Both the position numbers and the translations under genes were made by a program. From an uncultured Planctomycetota bacterium (GTDB lineage: Bacteria; Planctomycetota; Planctomycetia; Isosphaerales; Isosphaeraceae): a stretch of DNA of 64,000 nucleotides. Within the stretch, counting starts at the first letter, position 1. Each line of letters starts with the position of its first letter. The stretch spans positions 256,001-320,000 of the forward strand of contig CAWJTV010000009.1 of the NCBI GenBank assembly GCA_963845755.1, read 5' to 3'. The notes below the pieces were generated by a model, which worked only from the letters and a program-made list of their open reading frames with translations, was not told the DNA's origin and searched no databases. Below, piece after piece: positions 20,901 to 32,927 of the stretch.

Positions 20901-23900
20901 CACTGGATCAACCCGGACGTGATTCTCGTCCCGGGTCAGCCGGCGAGCACCTCAAACGGCACGACGACGCCCGCGACGGCCCCGACGCTGGCCCTGGCCT
21001 CCGCCGGCGCGACCGGCGCCATCCCGCTCGACCAGTATGGGATGGAGTACGCCCCGGTCGCCCTCAACGAGGTGCTCGCGTTCTCTTATGCGTATTACCA
21101 GGGGACTGGGGCACAGGCCAACCGGTTCTTCGTCGAGCTGGTCAACACGCTGACGCAGTCCTCGTTCGCGAGCCTGCCGCCGTTGACCGGAGCGACCAAC
21201 CCGCCCGATCCGAGCATCCTCGACCTGGCCGGGTTGCCTTCCGCGCCGGGCGATCCCTACTCGGGCGGTTGCTGGGACCTCGTCTTCACCGACGACACGC
21301 CCAATAGCCGCCCCGACCCGTATCGCGGGGAGTTGGTCCAGGAAGGCCAGTTCTACTCGATGATCCCGCTCACCAAGGATTCGTTCACCCCGACAGCAAC
21401 AGGAGCGACCGGCGAAGTCTCGGGCGTTCCCGGGAGCGACGTCACCTTGATACCGCTGGGCCCGACGGGCGTCCCCGCGCCGACGCTGGGCAATCCATCG
21501 TCGAACCCGGTCACGCCGCCGACGGACTTCTTCTACGCCTTCGGCAATGGCCCGCCCAACCTCGCATTCGAGACGGGCACGCCGATGCCCACGAATATGT
21601 ATCCCGTCGGCAACGGGATCGCGGCCGACACGCCCTCTCTCGTGCAGTACCTTAGCCCCAATACCGTTGAAATAGGCGCAAGCCACAGCCTCCTGTTACT
21701 TTGGGTTTACTCACGACCCAAGCAACACGGAGGCCATGACTCGCATGCCGCACGGACATTGCACGCTGCCGCCCGATGGGTCGGGCCGGATCTTGGATCG
21801 CTTGGCGGGACTGGAACAGATTATCTCGCCCGAGGCCGTTCGCCAAGTCCTCGCGGCCACCGGTAAAACCAATCAACGACGTTGCACACTGACCCACGAG
21901 ATTGTTTGCTGGGTGGTCCTGGCCATGGGGCTGTTGACCGACTTGCCGATCCGCCAAGTCTTCAAGCATGCACGCCGGCTCCGAGTCGGCGAGGAGAGTC
22001 CCCATCGATCCAGCCTGTGTGTGGCCCGGCAACGCCTGGGCATCGCGCCGGTCCGCCACCTGTTCGAGCACGTCGTTCATCCTCTGGCCCGGCCCGATAC
22101 GCCCGGAGCCTTCTACCGCGGGTTCCGCCTGGTCGGCATCGATGGGACCGTCTACGATGTCCCCGACTCGGAGGCCAACGCCGCGGCCTTCGCGCGCCCC
22201 TCGGCCGGGCCGCGCGGCGACGGCGCGTTCCCCCAAGTCCGCAAGCTGAGCCTGGTCGAATTGGGGACCCACATCGAACTGGCCTTCGTGGTCCGGTCGA
22301 TCGCCCACGGCGAACCGTCGATGGTCGGCGGCTTGCTCCGCCATCTGACTCCGGAGATGCTCCTGTTGGAGGATCGCGGGTTTTTCAGCTATGACCACTG
22401 GAAAACGGCGATGTTGCGGGGCGTCCAGCTGTTGGCACGCGTGAAAAGCGGCTTGATCCTCAAGTCGATCCAAAACCTGGCGGATGGCTCGTACCTGGCC
22501 AAGATTTATCGGGGTTGCTACGACCGTCAGATCGATCGGGATGGGATCGTCGTCCGGGTGATCCGCTATACACTGGACGACCCGCAACGAGTCGGACACG
22601 GTGAAACTCATGTGCTGATCACGAATCTCCTTGACGCGGAGCTTTATCCTGCTGAAGAATTGATTATTCTTTATCACGAGAGATGGGAACAGGAGTTGGT
22701 CTATGATGAGCAAAAGACCCATCATGATCCGCGGCGGGCGACCAAGCCGGCACAGATGCGAAGCGAGACCCCGGCGGGGGTGATCCAGGAGATCTATGCG
22801 CTGTCGCTGGGTCATTTCGTGATCCGAGCCTTGATGGTTGCGGCCGCCGGGACCGTGGGGCTGGACCCGGATCGGCTGTCGTTTCTGGGGTGCTTCCAGA
22901 TCCTCAAGTGCCGGTTGCCAGAATGCAACAGCTCGACCCCCGAGGCGTTCGAGGAGTGGTACCAGGGATTGTTGTGGGAGATGCAGGGGGAGCGCACCGA
23001 TGACGAAATGCGGAGGAACCGGATCAATCCGCGAGTGATCAAGCGTAAAATGTCCAAGTGGAAAAAGAAACGATCCAAACATCGACACATTCCGCCCTTG
23101 AAGAAAACCTTTGCAGAGACAGTGGTTATGCTTCCTTAAACGGTATTGACCTTAGCCCCGCGGCCGACCCGTTCAATGGGACGGCGACCCCCGAGATCAC
23201 CTGGTACCCGGGCATCCTGCCGGGCGTCGTCGCGGGCTCGGCACCTCGACGGGCTCCGCCGCCGGCTATCAGTCGAAGCTCCCGACTGTGACCGCGGGCA
23301 CCCGGCAGACGAAGTATTACTGGGTCTGCCTGCGACGGCCCGCCAACCCGTTCGCCCCGGTCTCCGCGGCCAATCCCATGCTGGTGGTCGACGCCATGCG
23401 CTTCCCCTACATCGACGGCACCGCGCCGATGACCGGCCAGGGCCCGAGCGGAGGACCGTCCGACGGTCCCCAACCTGACGGCACCGCAGACGAACACGGT
23501 CTATTCGGCCCAGCGTTTCCAGCCCTACCGCGGCGGCCACGCCGTCCCGGTCGCCGGCGGCACGCGCCGCGGGACCGCGCAGCCGACGCTCGATGCCCGC
23601 TACGGCTATACCGAGCAGATCGCGGCGCCGACGGGATATTCCAACCTGCTGGGGACCCAGGGCATCTACTACACCGAGCTCGACCGGCACAGGCGCGACG
23701 CCCTACTATTCGACCAGACCCGATCTACCACACGCTGGGGATCGCCAACGACCAGGCCGAGTCGTGGGATTACTTCCCGTTCCACGACCGCGACTTCACC
23801 GGCGTGGCCGAGCTGCTGCTGGTGCCGGGCTGCCCGCCGGGGCTGTTCACCAAGCAATTCGCCGAGTTCGCCCCGTCGCGGAGCAGCGCGGGCTTCTTCG

Positions 23901-25563
23901 CCCAGGTCGAGCCGCAGTCGGCCCCGCCGTCGATCATCACGCCATTCGGCGACCGCCGCGACGGCCTTCGTGACCGGCTCGACGACCAACCCGATGCCTG
24001 CCCACACCTTCCCGTATCTCGTGGACAAGTTCTTCTATACCGGCGCGTCGAGCGCGGCGGACACGGGCGGGACGCTGGTCGGCGGCCCGACCGGCGACGG
24101 CTGGTTGCGAGATGTTCGACTTCTTCGAGGTGCCCAGCCCAGATGATGGGGGCGACCGGACCCGTCGCGCAGGGGGCCAATTTCGACTGGGAGCGGCAGG
24201 ACACGAGGCCGGGGCTGCTGAACCTCAACCTGATCATCGACGAGGAGGTCTTCTTCAGCATCGCCGGCCGGCAGGATGCCAACTTCAACCAGCAATGGCT
24301 CAATTTCATCCAGGTTCCGTCGCTTCCCCCCGGGACGTATTCACTGCCGCTTCACGGCAGGACGCCGATCCCGCAGTATGGACCGCCCGTGCCGCTGGTG
24401 GTCACCGCGATAGACGCGAACGGATCACCGGCTTATGTATATCCGATCGCGAACCAGGGCGTTACGGCCACGGATCCGATCCTCGCCGCGCTCAACCAGG
24501 GCAATCCGGCCGGGCCCAGCCGGGATCGTGGACAGCCGGATCAAGGCGGCTTTTGCCCAGTTCCTGTGGGTGCGGCACGGCGGCTCGGGCTACCTCTTCG
24601 GGTTCGGGAACGGCGCCGTCGGCCAGAATAGCGCGGTCGTGCCGATCGCCCCTGCCAATCCTACACCGCCCGGCTACGGCTCGGGCATCCCGGCGGAACG
24701 GCCGTTCCGCTCGCTTTCGTATCCCGATATCGATCACACGGTGATGCGCCCAGCGACGCTCCCGCCGTCGCCGTTCACCAACCCGGCGAGCACGGACCCG
24801 ACCTCCTACACGGCCGATCCGGGCGTGAGGAATCCCAATCTTTACCCGGGATACCCGACGCAGGGTGCCCCGACGGGCAGTGCGGTGGGCGCTGGTAAGT
24901 CGCCGGTCTATCCGGGCGCAATCCCCGTCCGCCGGCTCTTCCAGGTCCCCGACGCCAACGTCGAGAGCAACGCGAGCGAGTCGGGTGATTCGTTCATCGA
25001 CAACCAGGAACCGACTCCTCCGGCCAATATGACCACGAACTCGCCTCCGGTACCCACCGCCGGCGCGCTACCCCCGGTCACGCTCGGAATCAATGGAACG
25101 CCGGTAACCTTCGCGTTCAATCAGGGGTATCCGAATCTGGTCTGGTCGATCTGGCCGGGCAACAACTTTCCCGAATCTTCCGACAGCACCGGTGACGAGC
25201 GTCGGGCTGGGCAAGCCGAGCGACGCCAGCTCGACCCTGCTCGATGCTCGGGAGCACCCATTCTGGCGGATCGAAATGCTGCAGCGCGTCATGAATCTGA
25301 CGACGGTGCGGACCCATCAATACGCTGTCTGGATCACCGTCGGGTTCTTCGAGGTGAAGCGGCAGGGCAACGTTTCAATGATCGTCTCGGGCGATCCTCG
25401 GCTGGCATTCGACGTCCTCGGGCCCGAGATCGGACTGCCTGATCAAAAAAACCGCCGTTATCGCGGCTTCTTTCTGGTCGACCGCCTCAAGCTCGACGGA
25501 TTCGCCTCGTCCTCCCCCCGCCGGTCGCTGTCGGCCGTCGTGTACCGCCAGCCGATCCAGTGA
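17943..25563 (+). CDS. Giant (~2000 aa once reconstructed) PilX/GspK-like secreted or surface protein; IS4-interrupted, with several frameshifts
   Basis: N-terminal RRRGIALILVLAIIALMALIGVVFA, DVDNDGDGITDSVW, KINLN/LLNLN motifs, C-terminal MNLTTVRTHQYAVWITVGFFEV. The frame QYLSPAADPF is restored after IS removal. Confidence 0.75.
21659..23148 (+). mobile_element. IS4-family insertion sequence with 10-bp target duplication
   Basis: TIR CAATACCGTT / AACGGTATTG; TSD ACCTTAGCCC at 21649-21658 and 23149-23158. Confidence 0.95.
21736..23139 (+). CDS. IS4-family DDE transposase
   Basis: LVGIDGT, LLEDRGFFSY and LYHERWEQELVYDEQK (YREK-like) motifs. Confidence 0.93.
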   Translation: MTRMPHGHCTLPPDGSGRILDRLAGLEQIISPEAVRQVLAATGKTNQRRCTLTHEIVCWVVLAMGLLTDLPIRQVFKHARRLRVGEESPHRSSLCVARQRLGIAPVRHLFEHVVHPLARPDTPGAFYRGFRLVGIDGTVYDVPDSEANAAAFARPSAGPRGDGAFPQVRKLSLVELGTHIELAFVVRSIAHGEPSMVGGLLRHLTPEMLLLEDRGFFSYDHWKTAMLRGVQLLARVKSGLILKSIQNLADGSYLAKIYRGCYDRQIDRDGIVVRVIRYTLDDPQRVGHGETHVLITNLLDAELYPAEELIILYHERWEQELVYDEQKTHHDPRRATKPAQMRSETPAGVIQEIYALSLGHFVIRALMVAAAGTVGLDPDRLSFLGCFQILKCRLPECNSSTPEAFEEWYQGLLWEMQGERTDDEMRRNRINPRVIKRKMSKWKKKRSKHRHIPPLKKTFAETVVMLP

Positions 25564-25805
25564 ACTCCTTCAAAATGCAGCGAGGAGGAGAAAGAAAGCT
25601 CTTGTATCCGACTCTGACGATATCGCGCCCTTTTGGGGACCATCCCATGGAATGTGACCCAAGAAGACGAGGCTGGAACTGGCCGACGGGATTAGCCATC
25701 CCGGTGGTCGAGGCTGTGAATCGACCGCAGCAGAGTCTTTTCGCGGAAACGGTGGCACGGCCCCGCGCCGTGCTTATCGGGGAGGGAGGGACGGCATTCC
25801 AGAAT

Positions 25806-26264
25806 TCAATGAGGACGGCACGAGAGGAGACGCTCATGTTCTTGAATCATCATAGTCGCCACGACGGGGTCGTATTTGAACTTCGGCGTCGCCTGTCTCA
25901 GCCTGGCCAACTCAGTCTCGAGTTCCTGTTTTTCAAGCCGCAAAGCTCCGGCGTTCGATTCGAACAATAGGTCGCGGAGCTGGCCTATCCAATGCGTCGT
26001 GACGAGCTGTTGCCGGAACGGATCGCCGACCCACGGGCCGACGGACAGAGACAGATACCCACCGCCAAAGACGGCGAACCCCAGCCACCACGCCCGCTCC
26101 CGGCCTCGCATCAGGCTCGCCCCAAGGACCGCAACTCCGACGGCGGACAGGGCAGTCAGGAGCATCATCTCGGCCCAGTCCTCATTCACGTTACGGAGAG
26201 CCGCCAGACCGACGGCGGCGAGGACGATGAATGCCATCAGGGTCCGGATGGAGAAGCGGAGCAT
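25806..26264 (-). CDS. Hypothetical membrane protein with a planctomycete-type RFSIRTLM N-terminus
   Basis: MLRFSIRTLMAFIVLAAVGLAALRN...WWLGFAVFGGGYL; upstream GAGGAGG RBS. Confidence 0.65.
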   Translation of the reverse strand: MLRFSIRTLMAFIVLAAVGLAALRNVNEDWAEMMLLTALSAVGVAVLGASLMRGRERAWWLGFAVFGGGYLSLSVGPWVGDPFRQQLVTTHWIGQLRDLLFESNAGALRLEKQELETELARLRQATPKFKYDPVVATMMIQEHERLLSCRPH

Positions 26265-27153
26265 GCTGCCTCCTCGCGATGGTCCGATTCCTCCGGGCGA
26301 TTCCCCGCCGTATGATTTTGGGTGCCGAGGCCGGCCACCTTGACAACATGGTCGCGGCTGGCGGGGTTGAACGGCTTTCAGACGGCGCTAATACGGAGGC
26401 TAGGTCCCGCCCTCGAGCCGGCCCGGCCGACACCCCCGCCGCACCTGTCCAGTGTGCCGTGCGCGGAAGGATGCGGCAACGACCTGCTCCGCCACCTCAC
26501 CACTGCGGCTTTCGGGGCTCCAGGGCGTCCTGGACCGCCAGCTTGACGACCTCGGGATGGATCCCCGGGCCGACCCGTCGCAACACTTCCTTCTCGATCG
26601 CGTCGGGTTCACCGCCGACCTGCGCCGCCAAGTCCCTGCCCCAGCCGTGGTCAAATGTAGCCATCTCCGCCAGCCGAGCAGCTCCACCGTAGGCGATGCG
26701 ATAGCCGAGGCGCTACTGGGAGTCTTCGGGGAGTTCTCGAGCATCCCCTATCATCGACCTGGGGACGAGTCGGGGCCAAGCGTACACTGGTTGTAGGGTG
26801 GGCGAAGTGGCTCGGCTTGGGAGGGCGTCAGGGCGATCGTGGGGGCTCAGGGTGGCTCCGAAGGGGATCATGCACTTCCACGGATAACTTCCGCGGGAAG
26901 CAGGGTCGCGAGTACACGTAGCGCGTTCGTATCAACCTCGGTATTGGCTAGGATGGTCAGTGTTTCCGCATTCCCATCAGGATCTTGAGGATCAGATCTG
27001 TCAGGATTTCTTGACTCGTGAACGACTGCAATTCCTGACCGTCTCGCTCCAGTTCGGGACGAGAACCCAATTGGCAGATAGGGCTATCGGAATACAATCG
27101 CTTGCGTTCTCTACCAGACCGGAATCCCGTAATCACGACGCGAGGTAGGTGCC

Positions 27154-27456
27154 ATGGACACCGAGCAATGTCCGAAGTGTGACGCGAAGTCGGTCGTGGC
27201 CGGACGCTTCTCAGAGATGAGAGGGTGGCGTCACCAATGGTTTGAACCGACGGGCATGCGATTCTTCAACTTTCGCTTATGGGTACGGGGGCTCTCTTGT
27301 CCTGAGCCCTTCCGAGCATGCCTGACGTGCGGACTCGTCTGGACGCACCTGCAACCGGAAGACCTCCGCACGTTCATCGACAAGTACGGCGACACCGAGA
27401 CCAAGCTCAAGCTGTCGCCCTCCCAGAAAGGCTATCCGGAACAAGATCTGGTCTAA
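27154..27456 (+). CDS. Small zinc-ribbon-like hypothetical protein
   Basis: CPKC...CLTC pairs; RBS GAGGTAGG upstream. Confidence 0.65.
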   Translation: MDTEQCPKCDAKSVVAGRFSEMRGWRHQWFEPTGMRFFNFRLWVRGLSCPEPFRACLTCGLVWTHLQPEDLRTFIDKYGDTETKLKLSPSQKGYPEQDLV

Positions 27457-27504
27457 CCAGACGGCACGTCTCTGGCGACGTTCGCGACGAGGTCGAACGG
27501 TAGA

Positions 27505-27540
27505 CTTTGCCACGGCGCACCCATTCGTCGATCCGACCGA
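27505..27540 (+). repeat. Dispersed 36-bp repeat, copy 1
   Basis: CTTTGCCACGGCGCACCCATTCGTCGATCCGACCGA; inverted copy with one mismatch at 55635-55670 and a truncated copy at 54718-54737. Confidence 0.8.
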
Positions 27541-27739
27541 GGTGCGCTGGTGAACGATCCCGACGAGCAGTCTGGGCCGCCTCGGACAAATACATGGCCA
27601 CAGCATGCAACGGGGATGGTTCGGTCGGTTCCCATAACTCCTCATCAGACCTCGAACTCGAACGGCCCGCTTTGTACTGATAGGATGCAGCGGTTCCCCG
27701 AGTGGGAGAAACGGGGAATGTCCGCAAGTCCCAATCGAC

Positions 27740-28011
27740 CTTCGTCCAGGAGCCGATGGCGGAAGCAGGCCCTGGCATGGCTCGAGGCCGACCTGGCGGC
27801 GTGGTCCAAGACCCTGGACAGCGCGCCCCTTGGGCCGCGCCCGGCCGTCCTCCGGTCGCTCCAGCACTGGAAGGCCGACCCCGACCTGGCCGGACTGCGC
27901 GACCAGGGTGCACTAAACAAGGTACCGGAGGAGGAACGGAACGCCTGTCGTACTCTGTGGGCTCGGGTCGATGCGTTGCTGGCCAAGGCCAGTCGGCGCA
28001 ATTCGCCGTGA
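27740..28011 (+). pseudogene. C-terminal fragment of a planctomycete Ser/Thr kinase-TPR protein
   Basis: RWRKQALAWLEADLAAW...LQHWKADPDLAGLRD...LWARVDALL, paralogous to the segment near 57900-58130. Confidence 0.7.
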
Positions 28012-28021
28012 GAGCCGATCT

Positions 28022-28084
28022 GTAGGGTGGATCAAATCCACAGGGATGGCCTCGGCCGGCGTCGGTAGGTTGGACCCACGCGAC
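28022..28084. repeat. Degenerate GTAG-type REP doublet
   Basis: GTAGGGTGGATCAAATCCAC...GGTAGGTTGGACCCACGCGAC between convergent genes. Confidence 0.45.
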
Positions 28085-28146
28085 GAATCCCCCGACCGAG
28101 ATAAGCCTTGAGGCTGGCACGCCGTCACAGGCTCGAGCTCGTCCGA

Positions 28147-29692
28147 TCATGGCTTCGGCCTGGAATGGTCCGGCGATGCGGAGTCCTTGGGGACGTCGTC
28201 CCGCTTGGTGGCGGCGCCCCGAGTTACAAGGACGTATCGTTTCTCACGCTTGGTAACGATCCCGTCGAACGGGGCCTTGATGGTGTGCTCATTAACGGCC
28301 TGTTCGCCGGTCTCCTCGATGGTCAGCGTATAGCTCCCGCGATTGTCGGCGTCAGGCGAGTAATCGAGGAAGAACGCCATCAAGAAGACGTCGGACTTGG
28401 GGGCGATGTTCCACGGAGACCGGAAGGTGATCGACTTCCCCGGTGCCAGCACGGTCTGGCGGAAGGCGTAGCAATCCTCTTCGTCGGTGCCGTAGAACAG
28501 CACCACGCCGGGGAAGGGATCGGCGTCGACGCCCGTCTCGGCGGTCATGAAAGCCTCACCGGAGGCAGTCACCGTGTAGGTCTTGCCGCGTTCCAGGTCG
28601 ATGCGGAGGACGCCGTCATTCCGGCGATCGCTCGCCTTGAGGCTCATCATCGACAGGTAGATGCAGTGTCGGGCCGGGTCAACGGTGATCTCCTTCTTGC
28701 CGCCTTTGGCGTCGGCCGGGATCCAGTTCGACGACCAGGTTGCCCCCCTTGCCGGGGATGGCCTGCGGGGTCCGCCGGGTCGTCGGGGCAGGGGCCTCCT
28801 GCTCGCGGCGCCCGCCCGCGGGTTGGGCCGACACGACCGCGCCGGCCGCGACGACTCCGAGCACCAGGGCGGCTGCGAACGCCTTCAATTTGGTCAGAAT
28901 CATAGTCCTGCATGTCCTTTCGCACAGGGAAACCACCGATCGGGAAATCATGCCGGAGCTTGCCGCTTCACCCGCCGAGAGCGTCGTGGCGGCCCGGGTC
29001 GTCGCCTGCATCAGGCCCGGCCGGACCGCCACAGCCGGAATCGGCGGCCGGCCGGCGTCGAGGATGGCGGGGATCTCGATGCCGCGCCGGGTCAGCCGCG
29101 CCCGCAGCCGCTCGCGAGCCCGAGCCAGCCGGCCCCGAATTGTGTCCGCCGAGACGCCAAGGCGGGCCGCTGCCGCCTGGTAGGACATCGCTTCCAGGTA
29201 GCACAGGACGATGGGCGCCCGGTACGTCTCGGGGAGCCGGGCAATCTCCTCGGAAAGCGTCGCCCATGCGTCGGACGGGTGCCGATCCGGGATGACCTCC
29301 CATTCCGGGCCGCGGGCCTCGGCCAGTCGCAGCTCATGCCGCCTGCGGCGCACGGCATCGACCTTCGCCCGGGATGCGACGCGATGCGCCACGCCGTGCA
29401 GCCAGCTACCGAGCGAGTCCTTCACCCAGAGGGAGGGGGCCTTGCGGGCCAGCACGAGGAACGTGGCCTGGAAGGCGTCCTCGGCGGAATGCTCGTCGTG
29501 CAAGACGCCCCGGCAGACGCGGAAGACCATCGGCCCGTGCCGCTCCACCAGGGCCTGGAAAGCCAGCTCGGCGCCGTCCTCATGGCGAGTGGCGAACCGC
29601 TCGAGGAGCTGGGCATCCGTCAGCCCGACGACCGAGCCAAGGTTCCACAATTGATGCACGTGCCAGAGCAACCCAGCCGGTCCGTTTGCCAT
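28147..29692 (-). CDS. ECF sigma factor with TM segment and C-terminal extracytoplasmic extension; frameshifted near 28650-28740
   Basis: DAQLLERF...AFQALVERHGPMV...AEDAFQATFLVLARKA...LPETYRAPIVLCYLE...RGRLARARERLR. Confidence 0.85.
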
Positions 29693-30487
29693 GCCCGATC
29701 CCTCCTGCGACTCGCCTCGTCTCAGTGTAATGCCGGGAAGGGGGCCTCGCCTCACGGTTTTTCCGGAGGTGTTACCGATCGGGCTCGGAGAAACGCCTGA
29801 TCAAGGGCCTATTTGTGACACCGGAGGGCTGGCCTCAGAACAGCTCCACGTGGAGCAACACCGTGGCCAGCTATCGTGTGCTTCAGATCTGCCACAAGCA
29901 GTTGGCTCCCAGATACTCGCAATTGGTCGCCGACGAGGCATCCCGCGAGCGGGTCCATCACTTGAAGTCGCCCAGAACCATGAAGGCGTTCCTCCATGCC
30001 GTCAGGCACAAGTCTTGGGGCAGGTTGAGGAGAGGCGCCCAGTAACAGGTTTCGGGGACGCCCCGGAACCTGGCGGCCGGAGCAAAGGCCACAGCGCGGG
30101 CGGTTCTGCGTGGGTCCCGGGTCGTGCGCGGCGTCGATCCGAGCGAAGCGCGCAACGCGTTGGTTCGGACCTATGTACCGTCGCCGCGATATTCGGACGG
30201 GGTCGGGGCTCGGCACCGTACTCGCCGCTCCCCTGGCTGAGTACGGCTCGGCGGCCGCCGAGCGTGTGCCACCGCAGAGGCGGCTCCCGTGTTGCATACT
30301 GGCCTGCCAACCCACGCCCGGCGGGGAGGAGCCTCCTCTGTAGGTCGAGGAAGACTCTGACTCAGGACATCACGTACGGACGCGTCCGGCCGCCAGGACT
30401 TAACCTCTTTCCCAGACGATTGTTGCGGCGTGTCACCTCGGCAAGGGCGAATGGATCGAAAGAACTAAGGAGTCTCCTTGGGCCCAC

Positions 30488-30517
30488 TGTCGATCTGGCC
30501 CATTGTCGTTCGACTAC
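30488..30517 (+). promoter_or_regulatory. Candidate ECF promoter, copy 1
   Basis: TGTCGAT-N13-GTTCGACTAC; both boxes are identical at 32843-32872. Confidence 0.7.
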
Positions 30518-30590
30518 GTTGTGGCGTGCGATTAGGTGACTGTGAATCACCATGCCTGGATTCTCTCCCACATGTATCAGGAGTACAGAA

Positions 30591-31130
30591 ATGACGCGAC
30601 AACTAATTGTTTGCGCAATGCTACTGGTCCTTCCGCTTGCGGCCTACGGCGAGGACAAGAGCCAGAGCGGCAACCGGACGCCGACGGCCACCAATTCCGC
30701 TTTCGAGAAGATGAAGAAGCTGGCGGGCACCTGGCTGGCCGCGGACGAAGACGGCAAGCCGACCGCTCAAGTCATGTCGGTCATTAAGGTGACCGCGGGA
30801 GGCAGTGCGGTCCATGAGACCGTCTTCCCCGGTCAACCGCAGGAGATGGTGTCGATCTACACCGTCGACGGGCCAGACCTCGTCATGACTCATTACTGCG
30901 TGCTGGGCAACCAACCTCGACTGAAGGCCGACCCGAAATCGCCATCGAACCAGATCTGCTTCCAGTTCGCCGGTGGCTCAAATCTGGACCCGACGAAGGA
31001 CAAACACATGCATTCCGCGACGCTCACCGTCGTCGACGACTGCCACATCGAGGTCGCAGGGGTCGGCTGGCAAGGCGGCGCGCCCGCGAAAGACATGTGC
31101 TGCGGTCTGAAACTGGTGCGCAAGAAGTAA
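30591..31130 (+). CDS. Exported hypothetical protein
   Basis: Signal peptide; AFEKMKKLAGTW...MTHYCVLGNQPRL; RBS AGGAG. Confidence 0.8.
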   Translation: MTRQLIVCAMLLVLPLAAYGEDKSQSGNRTPTATNSAFEKMKKLAGTWLAADEDGKPTAQVMSVIKVTAGGSAVHETVFPGQPQEMVSIYTVDGPDLVMTHYCVLGNQPRLKADPKSPSNQICFQFAGGSNLDPTKDKHMHSATLTVVDDCHIEVAGVGWQGGAPAKDMCCGLKLVRKK

Positions 31131-31457
31131 CAGCGGCGTCCGGACAACGCGGCCCAGAATGCATCAACGTGCTGGGTTCTGCCGAGGCTGTCGCGTCGAA
31201 CCGTTTCGGTCGGCGCGCAGTCTCGTGCCGCTGGAGCATCTGGACCATGGTATTCAGACGTTGGTTACGTCAGATCCCCCACGCGCCGGCGTGCGCCGTC
31301 GTCTGCCTGGCTTGTTCCCGTCCTGGAGCGGATCAACGGGATCCCGCGACTCCCTTTCCCCGCGGCTCCACGACTGCCCTTCCCTCGCGGCCGGGCCGGT
31401 GCTATCCTTTCGGGTCTAGAGTGTCCAGATGGACAGGTGATCCGAGAGGAGGGCGAG

Positions 31458-32750
31458 ATGGGCTCAACACAGGGAGGCCGGGGAGGCCGGGACGGAGCGG
31501 ACACGGTGACCAACACCCCGGCGGGTCTCCACGCCTTCATTGAGGAGACCTACCGGGCGGAGTCCCGTCGGGTCTTCGCATCGCTTGTGCGGCTGCTCCG
31601 GGACTTTGACCTGGCGGAGGAGGCGCTGCACGAGGCCTTCGCGGCGGCGGTCGAGCGATGGGGGCGGGAGGGTATCCCGGATAACCCGAGGTCGTGGCTC
31701 GTATCCACGGGGCGATTCAAGGCGATCGACGCCCTGCGCCGCCGCGGCGCCTTCGCCGGCCGGCAGCGGGAGATCGCCGAGCGGTTCACGGAAGTCGCCG
31801 AGTCGAACGCGGCCCGAGCGGGCGAGGAGATCGAGGATGACCGGCTACGGCTCATCTTCACCTGCTGCCACCCCGCCATCGATCTGAAGGTCCAGATCCC
31901 GCTCACCCTTCGCGAAGTGTGCGGCCTCACGACCGACGAGATCGCTGCCGCCTTCCTGACCGCTCCCGCGACCATGGCGCAGCGGATCGTCCGGGGCAAG
32001 GCGAAGATCCGCGACGCCGGGATCCCGTTCGTGATCCCCACTGCGGAGGAGTTCCCCCAGCGGCTCGAGGCCGTGCTCGCGGTGGTCTACCTCGTGTTCA
32101 ACGAGGGCTACTCCGCCACGTCGGGCGAGTCACTCACGCGGGCCGACCTCTCGGGTGAGGCCATCCGCCTGGGGGGGCTCCTGGCCGGTTTGCTGCCCGA
32201 CCCGGAGGCCGTGGGCCTGCTCGCGCTGATGCTGCTCCACGAGTCCCGTCGGCCGGCCCGCTCGACACCAGCGGGCGACATCGTCCTGCTCGAGGACCAG
32301 GACCGCTCGAAGTGGGACGCCCGGCTCATCACGGAGGGCAAGGCACTGGTCGAGCGGGCGCTCGCCACGCGACGGTTCGGGGCGTACACCGTCCAGGCGG
32401 CCATCGCCGCCGTCCACGCGTCGGCGCCGAGTGCGGCCGCCACCGACTGGCGACAGATCGCGGCACTCTACGACGCCCTTCTCGCGATCAACCCCTCGCC
32501 GGTGGTTGAGCTCAACCGCGCGGTGGCCGTGGCCATGCGCGACGGGCCGACAGCCGGGCTCGGGCTCATTGATGCCATCCTCAACCGCAGCGACCTCGGC
32601 GCCTACCACCTGGCCCATGCCGCCCGCGCCGACCTGCTTCGGCGGTTGGGGCGGCGGGAGGAGTCCAGGCAGGCCTACGAGCGGGCACTGGCTCTCGCGC
32701 AGCAAGAGCCGGAGCGTCGGTTCCTCCGGATGCGCCTGGCGCAACTCTGA
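31458..32750 (+). CDS. ECF sigma factor with C-terminal TPR-like (DUF6596-type) extension, YciI-associated group
   Basis: [45 protein letters not shown] and [11 protein letters not shown]. Confidence 0.92.
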   Translation: MGSTQGGRGGRDGADTVTNTPAGLHAFIEETYRAESRRVFASLVRLLRDFDLAEEALHEAFAAAVERWGREGIPDNPRSWLVSTGRFKAIDALRRRGAFAGRQREIAERFTEVAESNAARAGEEIEDDRLRLIFTCCHPAIDLKVQIPLTLREVCGLTTDEIAAAFLTAPATMAQRIVRGKAKIRDAGIPFVIPTAEEFPQRLEAVLAVVYLVFNEGYSATSGESLTRADLSGEAIRLGGLLAGLLPDPEAVGLLALMLLHESRRPARSTPAGDIVLLEDQDRSKWDARLITEGKALVERALATRRFGAYTVQAAIAAVHASAPSAAATDWRQIAALYDALLAINPSPVVELNRAVAVAMRDGPTAGLGLIDAILNRSDLGAYHLAHAARADLLRRLGRREESRQAYERALALAQQEPERRFLRMRLAQL

Positions 32751-32842
32751 TGGAGGCTCAAGTCCTGAACCCAAACGATATGCAGCTCAGGCGCCCGGCC
32801 GGAGCGTTTCGTCGTCCTCGAACCCGAGAAGTCCGGAGCGTG

Positions 32843-32872
32843 TGTCGATCCGCAGTCGCCCCGTTCGACTAC
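32843..32872 (+). promoter_or_regulatory. Candidate ECF promoter, copy 2
   Basis: TGTCGAT-N13-GTTCGACTAC upstream of the VOC gene. Confidence 0.7.
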
Positions 32873-32927
32873 CGGGTAAAGTTCAGTCCGGCTGGGCCTT
32901 GCCCGAAACCTTTACCGAGGGAGACCC

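Noticed and set aside
26498..26760. Possible small gene (…LAEMATFDHGWGRDLAAQVGG…KPQW*) on the minus strand
   Set aside because: It has an upstream in-frame stop and no recognisable family, so it is too weak to call.
25560..28100. Small-gene region as an integron cassette array
   Set aside because: Mixed orientations, no integrase and no convincing attC boxes.
29790..30480. Possible transposase or other gene remnants
   Set aside because: No motif or terminal repeat could be supported.
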